Shown here: positions 54,459 to 64,000 of the stretch, piece by piece
How positions within the stretch are numbered: the first letter of the stretch is position 1
How the letters are laid out: every line of letters starts with the position of its first letter
Assembly: GCF_018977255.1 (NCBI RefSeq)
Contig: NW_024704744.1
Coordinates: forward strand, 36,332,001-36,396,000
Direction of reading: 5' to 3'
Length of the DNA stretch: 64,000 bases
Source: Callorhinchus milii
Taxonomy: Eukaryota
Translations under genes and position numbers: made by a program
Notes under the pieces: model-generated
Told to the model about the DNA's origin: nothing
Databases searched by the model: none
What the model saw: only the letters and a program-made list of their open reading frames with translations

Positions 54459-55379
54459 CCTCAAGAATCAAGTCAACCAAAAAAATATTTCCTGGTAAGA
54501 TTCTGGCAAACACAGCTGTGTCAGCTTTCTCATAGTAAGGGCACTTATCTCCAAAATAATGGTTGATGTGCTGACATTCTCTTTAAGGGGTTGTTTTTTA
54601 AAGCCATCATATACGAGCTATGTGTTCTAGAAATGTCTGTCAGCACTCACACTGATTCTTTCTTCCTCACTAGTGGTAGATTACAGCTCATTTGTGGTCG
54701 AATTAGTTAGACAGAAGAATCTTTTTTCCCAGGGAATTGTTCTGTTCCACACTTACTGATCTTTTGTTTATCATTTCCAAAGTTTCTGCCATTTGTGGCT
54801 CCAACCCCTTATGTCAGGCAATCACTTGCAGCTTTTTCCTCCACACTACTAATAATAATCCTTACATTGGATATAGTTTTCAGGTCAGGAGGACATCTCA
54901 AAGTGAATCACAGGATATACTCTAAAGTCGAGTGGCAATGTATTACATAGGCTAACGATTGTGCTCACCATTCTGACTGCTGATGAATTCAAAATTAACT
55001 TTCATTTGTTGCACCTTTTCTTCTGCATCTTGAAATGTAAGATAGGCTCATGTAGAGAATTCAGGGCTCACCCTTTTTAAAATGGGCACTTCCAGATTAC
55101 CAGAATTTGTACGAGCAACTTCTCAGTTTTCTCCCACAAAATATACCGTCAATCCATTTTATAATATATTCTGTGAAACACTTTGAGACGTTGAAACAAT
55201 ATGATAAGGTGTTATATCAAATGCAAGGATTATTATATATATATATATATATTACATTTTGTAACCATTGCTCCAAAGACCTCAGATGCTCACTTCCTAT
55301 GTCAATGATGTCAATGATGTCCCTATAGGTATTGTCTCTGTCCTGTTATATCTGGTCCATGCCTTTGTCACCTCTCAGA

Positions 55380-55925
55380 TGGATTAGTCAAATGCTCTCC
55401 TCGCCGGTCTCCCCTCCACTACCATCCATAAAATTCAGGTCATACAAAACTCTGCCGCCCGCATTCTTGCCCGCACCAAACTCCGCTCCCCGATTACCCC
55501 AGTCCTTGCCAGACTGCACTGGCTGCCTGTCCCAGAGAGGATCGACTTGAAGATCCTCACTCTTGTCTTCAAATCCCTCCACTCCTCTGCACCCCCCTAC
55601 CTCCTCTCTCTTCACAACAATGCCCATCGCCTTCGTTCCACCGGGTCTGGCCTCCTCCTTGTCCCCCAAGTCCTCCGCTCCATCCTCAGTGGCCATGCTT
55701 TCAGCCACTACGCCCCGAGGCTCTGGAACTCCCTTCCTCTCTCCCTTCGCCCCACCCCATCTCTTCCTATTTTCAAGTCTCGGCTGAAGACCTTTCTTTT
55801 CACCGCGGCTTTGGTTACCTTCCTCTCCCTCCCCCTCCCCCTGGCTCGGCCCCGTGAAGCACTCTGAGACGCCGTTTTGGTGGAGGGCGCTATATAAATC
55901 CAAGTTGTTGTTGTTGTTATTGTTA
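55380..55925 (+). mobile_element. L2 3' end
   Basis: IQNSAARILARTKLRSPITPVLARLHWLPVPERID...KILTLVFKSLHSSAPPYL; (ttg)n tail. Confidence 0.9.
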
Positions 55926-56317
55926 TCAACTATCCGATTTGGCCAAGACACAAGAATTTTAACCCTCTAGTAAGAGGTTGGAATGATCTGATCTATTTGT
56001 TTGAAGAAACAGCTTGATGCTGCAATAGGATGGATGTTCTGAAAGAGTGAGATGAAACGGGCTGAAGGGACTTCTTCATTCAAACCTTTCTTGAAATCTT
56101 GAACTGGATTAACTATTCTACATTCTCACATTTATATGCCTTGTATATGCCAGCAGTTTTTCATATGGAACTGTTGCTCATTTCCACAGAAAATACATTT
56201 CTCTTAATCAAAGAAACGTCTATTCAGTGTATGTCTCATATGGGCCTTTTGCAGCACTTCTGCTAACCAAGCCCTATATAACTTGACTGATTTTAGTTTT
56301 CTTTTGTCTGCATGCCA

Positions 56318-56720
56318 CGACTTCAAGATCCTCACAATCGTATTCAAATCCCTTCACTCCCTGGGACTTCCCTACCTCTCCGACCTCCTTGCTCCCCAAT
56401 CCACTACCCGGTGCATCCACTCGACTGGCACTAGCCTCCAGCTTGTCCCTCGCATTCTCCACCCCACCATCGGAGGTCGCGCTTTCAGCCACTATGCCCC
56501 GAAACTCTGGAACACTCTCCCTCAATCCCTCCACCTTGCCCCTTCTCTCCTGTTTTGCAAGTCCCACCTGAAAACCTTCCTCTTCTACCATGCTTACGGT
56601 CAACTCCCCGCCCCAAACCCCCGGCTTGGAGTCAGGCTCTGCCACTGTTAAGCACTCTGAGACACTACGCTGCGTGGAGAGCACTCTATAAATGCAAGTT
56701 GTTGTTGTTGTTGTTGTTGT
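56318..56720 (+). mobile_element. L2 3' end
   Basis: DFKILTIVFKSLHSLGLPYLSDLL...GGRAFSHYAPKLWNTLP; (gtt)n tail. Confidence 0.9.
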
Positions 56721-57675
56721 AGGATGTGTAGCTAATTATAAAGCCATGAAGCACTGCATGCAAGGTGACTACATTTCTATTCACCAAGAGGCTATTGTTG
56801 AGTCTTATCCAGTAGATTTAGATTTACTTGTCGATCGAGCTGGACTGATCAAAGCTGGATTTAATAGGCACTTATGCTGGAGCTCAAAGTGTGTCAGGTG
56901 TTCCCAGAATTGCATCAATATCATATCATATGGGAAAAAGTGTATTTTCTGTCTGATAGCCTCTGAACATATCAAATATTAATCAGTTCTATATCATTGA
57001 CAAATTCCTTCAGAGCTGTTTGTCATTACCCAGGATTGTCATTCAGAGCACAAATAATGGCTTGGAGGGTATTCCCAGTTCTGAAAGCACACACAGTTGT
57101 AATCCCTCTTCAACAAAAGTTTCCATGGTCATAATCCTTCTTTTCTAAACATGTTCACAGCTATAATCTCTTGTTATCAGTTATAATAATTTCAGGGTTG
57201 AAAGGATTCTGCATTGTTAGACGTGTCATCTTTCCAACGAAACATTGAACTGAAGTCTTGTATGCCAGTTCAGGTGGACGTTAAATACATTATTCATAAA
57301 TACAAGGGCATTTCTCCCAGTGTACTAGCCACCTATCCTCCAGATTACTGATCATTCACCTTGTGGGTTGTTTGTGGAATCGTATTAGTGCAATTGCTGC
57401 CATATTTGTCATATAAAAATCTATCACAATATTTAACAGTAATTACCCTTGCAGTTCTTTCAGACATTTCCATGTTATAAAATACAATAAAAGTGCAAGT
57501 TATTTTGTTCTTTTCTCTGCAATATGGATTCAAGTAGCTGCCCAAGTGCTGAGAAAGTTAAAGTGAAAGAACTCTGCATGTGTCAAATTAACACGCATTC
57601 AGATGTGATCCTTGTATTGACCCACCTCATAGGACAGTCTCAGTAATGGGTTGGGGAATGTCGAGTCTTCATTAG

Positions 57676-58408
57676 GTTGCTAAATTCTGCAAAAAATCTT
57701 GGCAAGATATTATGACAAGATTCTTACTGTTTGTTAATTTTAATCTGCTGAAGCATTGCTGAAATGTTACTCAGTAACACTGGACACTGTTGTCCACTTT
57801 CTTTTATACAAAAAAGCTTCACTTTGAATCTTGAGCAGCTCTGTGTAAAACCATTTTCTTTGGGTCAAGAAGCTGTTCACTTCCGTACATGTCATTAAGG
57901 GCAGGTATAAAGACAGGTCGTAGCATCTTATCACATTAAAATGCCTTAAAACACATCATAGGTAATTCCTGCCATGTATAGTCACTATTTTTGTAGGCAC
58001 AAATGGCAGTCATCTTTCACACAGTAAGTTCTCACAATTTTTTTTTTTTAACTCTTTCAAAAAAGAACTAGATTTCTAGTGCAGAATGAAATGAAAGGTC
58101 CTGTATAGCAATCTGGTGTAGGGTAAAACCAGATCTGCACTTACATTGTTTTGTATTTTTGTAAGTTGTACCATTAGTTGTTGTAATTCTGATCTCACCT
58201 CTCCCAAAAGTGGTTCTCTTATCTTTCTCTGTGTCAACAATATGTGACCAATGCAAGTTGAAAAAATATCACTGAATATGTCTCCTTAATATATCTCCTT
58301 AGCCAATAGAACCTAGGCACTTCAGCAATGCTTCAGCAGATTAAAATTAACAAATAGTAAGCACCTTGTCATAATATCTTGGCAAGATTTTTCGCAGAAT
58401 GTTGCAAC
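57676..58408. repeat. Long inverted repeat, arms 57676-57766 and 58318-58408
   Basis: 91-bp arms, about 8 mismatches by hand count, no gaps. Confidence 0.92.
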
Positions 58409-58489
58409 ACTATTTAGACACTATGAAATGGGATCACCAACGATTTCCATCAGGATGAAACTAATTATGAATATCATGTATAATGCAAT

Positions 58490-58849
58490 GGAGTTCTATA
58501 GCTCAGTGGTTAGAGCACTTGCCTCGCAAGCGAGAGACCTGGGTTTGATTCCTGGCAGGGCGAAATGTTGGGCAAGTTTACTTACTCCACACGTCTCTGT
58601 TTACCAAGCAGTAAGTAGGAACCCGATTGTTAGTAGATTGGTGGATCACTTTTCTGAGGGTAATAACTCCTTAAAAAAAAATTAGTCACTTCAATCCGGG
58701 ACTGTTTGTGGGACACTACTGTGCGCAATTGGTTGCCGCGTTTCACCAATAAAATATACAGTCAATTCACTTTACAGTATATTCTGTGAAGCGCTTTGAT
58801 TCATCTCAAAGATGTGATAAGGCACTATATCAAATGCAAAGATTATTAT
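58490..58849 (+). mobile_element. tRNA-derived SINE, long subfamily, full length
   Basis: tagctcagtggttagagcacttgcctcgcaagcgagagacctgggtttgattcc plus body and tail. Confidence 0.92.
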
Positions 58850-58864
58850 AGTGAGGTTTGAATT

Positions 58865-59152
58865 TAGATCCTCACCTGGCTACTCTCGCTCCCCATCCCC
58901 CGGAGGATTGAGTTCAAGATCCTCATCCTCACCCTCCATGGTCTTGATCCTCTCTATCTCAAGACCTATCTCTTTGACTGTGCCTTCGGTCATTTTCCCA
59001 CACCACCCAAGCCTATCCTCCACTTCTCTTAATTCCATTCCCCAGTTCGGGTGCAAACTCTTTATTGTCCAGTGCCTTGAGACATCCTCTCGATGTGAAA
59101 AGCGCTACATAAATACAATTTGATGTTTGTGGTGCTGGTGGTGGTGGTGTTG
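58865..59152 (+). mobile_element. Heavily deleted L2 3' end
   Basis: ctccccatcccccggaggattgagttcaagatcctc joined to the 3'UTR and tail gtgaaaagcgctacataaatac. Confidence 0.7.
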
Positions 59153-60941
59153 TAAATTGCCTAGCCTTGGAGCGTTGGTTTATAACTGGGCTGCTTATAG
59201 CATTATCAGGTAAACTGTACGTTAAAGCTCATTTGTCATTAGGAAAAACAGTTTTGCTTGCAGAGCAATATTGGTTTCTAAAGGCTGAGTTTGATTTGAA
59301 TTCAGCTTGTCAACTTTCTTCCCAGTTGTGCAAACTTTTTTTCGATAGGATCACCTATTACTGTGACTGAAACTGAAAATCTTTATGTTTCTTATAGGCT
59401 TATAAGTTCTGCGTACCCTACTTTGTCTCCCCACCTTTGGTTTATCAGCTAACTGACTTTTTTCACTCAGTTTTGACATTTAGTCCAACGGTGCACAATG
59501 GAGAAGAAACCACGTTTTAAGAAGTAATCTTTTTAGAGGATTAGACTAAAGCTACTTTCGTGCCAAGATTTTCCTTTTAAATTGCTTGTCTGGGCTTCTA
59601 ATAAGATCCCTTGGCACTTATAATCCGTCTGGTATATCAACCTTTCAGAGGGCAGCATTGTCCGGATGAATGATCTGTTACCTGTTCAGTGGATTCTCAT
59701 GTACCTGCGAGCACTCAAATCCATACTTATTTCTTCATTTCTGCCTTTGTTAAAACACCACATTTTACTCGAAATCTGAATTAAATAGTGTTTAGCATTT
59801 CAGTGAAAATGCATTCAATTTCAAACAAAAACAACTGTGTCATTTCATTCAAGTGTAGTAACTTACTTCTCTTAGGTTTTATCATAAAGTAAGGTATTAG
59901 TGATAAGTAGTATCATTCCCTGAAAAGATTATATACCAGGTAGAGATAGTAGCTAATATTATGCATCCCATTAATGCCTCAATTTTGGCAGTAGATATGT
60001 GTAAAGGAGATATGTATAATGAAAATCTCCTGAGTTGTAATTCAGATCCCATGGGCGGGGTGTGTTGGGGGCTGACTTGATATCCTGTAAGTGACCAAGT
60101 CCCATAATTGTAAATTATTTTCAGCTCTAAGATTGTGATATGTACCCTATTCTATGGCTCTTTATGTGTTCCATTTATAGCACTTGATGGCAAATAAATA
60201 AAATTATAAGAACTGGATGCAATATGTTAAATTATCATCAAGTGAATGAATTGTGGTTTGGTTTGGTTTCATTCACTGTGTACCCTTTATATCTACGTAT
60301 CATTGTAATCTTCTGATAAAATTGGTCATTTGCATCATGGCTGTTTGTGGGACATTGCTGTGCACAAATTGGCTGCTGGGTTCACCTCCAAATACAGTGT
60401 GCAGAACTTTGAGATGTCCTTGCAAAGTGAAAGGTGCTATCTCAAATGTAAGGATTACTATTATTATATGTGATACAAAAACAATCTCAGGGAGGAGACA
60501 CAAATTACCTTTTTCTTTTATGGAATTTATATTTCAAAACCAAATATGGTAAACTTTCCCAGGAGCATGTTCTGTTTGGCAGGATATAAACTGTCAGCAT
60601 TTTCATACCTGTAGATTTTGCACTTCCAATGATCAAAAACAATTAATAACAATTTCACAAGAGAGGTTCACAGATGAAAAAAAGCCGGTCGACCCATTTG
60701 ATCTCATCCTTTCAGAATACCCACTCTTCCATCCAGAAGGTATCAATAACTCTTGCAAACGTCCTGGTGAGGAACGCAGCTCAGAAGGAAATGCGTAAGA
60801 GCATTGGCACCATCTTCCTGCCCACAGTTCAGCCACAAATACCCATCCATTAAGTAATGGTTCCACCAGTTGGAAGCATGTAGGTTGAGCAGCAGCTGCT
60901 TGCATCTCTGCCCACCAATCAAAGTGGATACCATGCCCTAG

Positions 60942-60942
<1 letters not shown>

Positions 60943-60973
<31 letters not shown>

Positions 60974-61190
60974 CCTTGTATTTGATACAGCACCTTATCA
61001 CGTTGTTGAGAGACATCTCAAAGAGCTTCACATAATATTCTGTAAAGTGTAGTAATTGTGTGTTTTTGTGGGCCAAACACGGCAGCCATTGTGCATAGCA
61101 GTGTCCACAAACAGTTGTGGATTGAGTGACCAAATTATTATTATTATTATTATTATTTTTTGGAAGGGATTATTTACCCCTCGGAAAAAG
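60943..61190 (-). mobile_element. 5'-truncated SINE with (ATT)n tail, downstream of the MFSD2A retrocopy
   Basis: (taa)n at 60943-60972, then the reverse-complement SINE body to gaagggattatttacccctcggaaaaag. Confidence 0.88.
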
Positions 61191-61354
61191 TATCAGTCAG
61201 GTTCATCTGTCAAGTTTTGATTGATGTCGTTGTAGGGATGTGGTGCATGGCAGATAGACAAGAAACATGTTAATTCCTGTTTGAGTCTTATACTCATACT
61301 GTCCACAACTCCTGAGCTCAGAATTGTAAACACGTAAACATCTTGACGTATATT

Positions 61355-61670
61355 CTACACTGCTGCCGAGTTTGTACAAGTTTGTTCCAGAATCTTACCC
61401 ATTGTCTCGTAAATCCTCCAAAGGCACTTTTCTGTTCTTCATCCACATCTCTTCGTCGATGAGGTAGGGTTTGAAGAGGATGACTCCGATGACGATGAGG
61501 AAAATGGGTGCTGGAGCGACCAGCATCTTCACTGTGAAGTGCACGGTGTTGGGCTGGGTGCAACCCCTGGTCAGGTAGCCTGCAAAGTCAAGGCTTGGAG
61601 TAGAGATTCTGAGGGAGATCCCAGAGGCAAACATGGTGAAGAAGACATCAAAAGAATAAAATATTGCTTC
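61355..61670 (-). pseudogene. MFSD2A: 5'-truncated processed pseudogene (retrocopy) of the LPC transporter MFSD2A, C-terminal ~105 codons
   Basis: The minus strand reads EAIFYSFDVFFTMFASGISLRISTPSLDFAGYLTRGCTQPNTVHFTVKMLVAPAPIFLIVIGVILFKPYLIDEEMWMKNRKVPLEDLRDNG*DSGTNLYKLGSSV. This matches the MFSD2A C-terminus as I recall it (IFFSFYVFFTKFASGVSLGISTLSLDFAGYQTRGCSQP...YPIDEERRRQNKKAL...SETDSTELASIL). There is an in-frame TAA at 61395-61397, substitutions at conserved sites, and no upstream homology. Confidence 0.85.
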
Positions 61671-62499
61671 TAATATGGAGCATCTAATCTCAGTATTTAA
61701 GTCTTTAAGATGTTGAGAGGAATAATTAATATAGATGTAAGTAAATCATTTAATGTAAATAATGATCACAGACCTATAGGACATGAATACAAAATTAACA
61801 AGATTCAAGCGTGATTTGAATGAAGATGTTTTCCCTACAGATTAATAGATATATCATATTAGCTTTAACAGTGGTTATGATGTGAAGTTAATGAATTCCA
61901 GTATAAAATAACACTGCATAAAAATGGGTTAGGATTAGAAAGATAAATATAGAGAAAGATTATCGAATACTGTGTGGAACCTAGCAGTTCCTGTGCTGTT
62001 AGAACTGTGGAAATGTTTTCAGTTCAGGGCTGAATCTTGTATGTTGTACTGTTTGACTGACACATTGAAGTTTTGCTGGATTGCCTTAGGGGATCAGAGA
62101 GAAAATTCAAAGACTTTGACTTCCTGGAGTTTTATCTGTGATCAGATCATCTCCCATGAAGAGATTCAATAGCAGAGTGCATGTAAGGTACACTGTACAT
62201 CATCCGTGCAAAGAATTGGCTTGATCAGCTACATGTCCTTTTCTCCATCATAATTTTCTTGTATTCCGATGTTCTGAGCATCCAGAGTAATGGAACTACT
62301 GACCTGTGGCAGATACAGTTCTATGTTCACTCCCAAGGCAACAAGATAAAAGTAGCCATTAAACGGATTATAGCTGGCTCTGCCAAATATACTTTACAAC
62401 CTCTTTCTCTGCATTATCACCTTTCAAATCACCCTAGGAGGAGGGGGCAAATAATCACAACAAGTTTAATTCTACAGAGAAAGAGGAAACAAAATTACA

Positions 62500-62773
62500 T
62501 GCTTGTCATGTTAGGAGGACATCTCAGAATGCTTCGTCGGATTTTTACTGTGAAATGTAGTGACTGTATATTTTGTAAGGGAACATGGCAGCCAATTAGC
62601 ACACAGAAATGTCCCGCAAACAACAATGAAGTGAGAGATCAATTTTGTCTGGAAATTGTTGGCCAGGACACCAGGGGAAATTGCCTCCCCTTTTTGAACA
62701 GTGCCATGGGGTCTTCAATGTCCACCTAAACAGGCAGATGAGATATCAATTTAATGTTTAATCTGAAGGACAG
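62500..62773 (-). mobile_element. Deu-type SINE fragment
   Basis: ttgttggccaggacaccagggg...cagtgccatggggtcttcaatgtccacct. Confidence 0.7.
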
Positions 62774-63089
62774 AAGTAAGGTAAGAGAAAAATAAGGCAC
62801 TCATCAATTGCTGACACACACGCACAGTTACCTTTCATTTTTAAAAATTGTGTTTAACGACCATAAAAATTGAACAGGAAAAAAATTACTTGCAAGGCAC
62901 GATCAGTTCAAAGATGTAATAAAGTTGAAATGGCACAAAGGCAGGCAAAGGTACCCAACCAGTTATTAACATTTTATGTTGTGAGCAGCTGGAGGAAAAA
63001 TATGACTTAGAGCACTCCTACTCTACTAACACAGAGGTTTGCATTCATAAAGTGAGATCCTGCATTAATTGCTAAATCAGTTGAGGTTA

Positions 63090-63480
63090 GATCGCCAGAT
63101 GTCATACCTAGGCTCTATAGTGGCTCTGATCAGACTGCACTTTGAGTAATACACACTGTTGTGATCACCACAATGTACTCTAAAGGGGTTCTAGATGCAG
63201 TGCAATGAGGATGATCCCCAGAGTTAGAGTAATGAGTTCTGAGAAATGATTAGACAAGCTAGGGCTCTTCAGTCTTGAGAGAAGATGACTCGGAGGGGAC
63301 CTCGTACTAGTGTATAAAATTTTAAATGGGATTGAAAAAGTAAACTTTATGGTGCACCAAGATGGTAGACCAAGAGAACATAGGGTTACAGTTGTAAAGG
63401 TTAATTTCAAGACAGATACCAGGAAGGCTTTTTTTTTATTCAGAGGGTAATTACCAAATTATGTGGTACCAGCCAGTCAG
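63090..63480 (+). mobile_element. Decayed CR1 ORF2 3' fragment
   Basis: LY..LIRLHFE-like start; LDKLGLFSLERR*LGGDL..VYKILNG motif. Confidence 0.75.
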
Positions 63481-64000
63481 CAGTGACTGTTCCTGCGAGC
63501 AGTTACAGCAGTTGCTATGGACGCTACAGACACCAGGAGGCTTCTGTGCATGCAGATTATGTGCCGGAATTCAGCCAGTCAATTCTGGAAGCTGGGATTG
63601 TACTGTATTTTTGAGACAACAGTGTCAGCAACTGAGCCAGGTTAATAACTGATAACTAAATAACTAAAACACCACTGAATGGTCCACAGATATGGCATTT
63701 GCTCTCTAATTCTATCACAATGTTGGATTCAAATTTCGTCCTCAAAATCCAGAAAAATATTGTCACTTTACTCAAAATCCACTTTACAATATATTGTATA
63801 TTGTAATATATCGTAATGTTGAAGAAATAATTCAGTGAAAGAATTTATTTCAACCTCATATGGATCAGAATATTGATTGCACTTTTGTGCATCCAATCTT
63901 CAAAAGCTGTATGAAATGTTGGAAATGGCTAAGAGATGAATAAAGAAAGAATGTGCAGTTTCACAGACCCTTATCACATCAAAGTGACTCAAAGTGCTTC

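Noticed and set aside
55388-55951. 187-aa ORF, the longest in the track
   Set aside because: It is the antisense reading of an L2 3' end; the poly-N stretch comes from the (TTG)n tail.
58490-58562. tRNA-Ala-like gene (also at 14589, 23650 and 51921)
   Set aside because: Each runs straight into a SINE body and lacks a well-paired acceptor stem and terminator; these are SINE heads.
60633-61133. 166-aa ORF with a poly-Tyr run
   Set aside because: It reads through a SINE tail and its (ATT)n microsatellite.
61390-61672. Functional MFSD2A exon using the G|GTAAGA donor near 61398 and an AG acceptor near 61670
   Set aside because: Homology seems to continue past the putative donor, the acceptor has no polypyrimidine tract, conserved residues are mutated, and no other MFSD2A exons are visible in the window.
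1-64000. CRISPR array or prokaryotic operon
   Set aside because: No regularly spaced repeats or gene-dense ORFs; the repeat content is vertebrate.

Overview
AT-rich, repeat-dense eukaryotic DNA. The repeat types point to a cartilaginous fish (shark or chimaera); this is an inference. No intact protein-coding gene, tRNA gene or CRISPR array is recognisable, so the window looks intergenic or deep intronic. It is dominated by tRNA-derived SINEs (a young CORE-like family with long and short subfamilies, and older Deu-type copies), L2 3' ends with (TTG)n tails and decayed CR1 fragments. It also holds one L1/Tx1-like RT remnant and one hAT-like MITE. The only host-gene sequence is a 5'-truncated, apparently intronless, mutated copy of the MFSD2A C-terminus (61355-61670, minus strand). 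It runs into a same-strand SINE tail, which suggests a mRNA-SINE chimeric retrocopy. Other structure seen: two long inverted duplications (53281-54017, 57676-58408), a direct duplication starting at a palindrome, several nested insertions, three dispersed repeat families I cannot name, and a few enhancer-like motif clusters. All alignments were done by eye and repeat boundaries are approximate. I found no solid evidence for a wholly new biological system.
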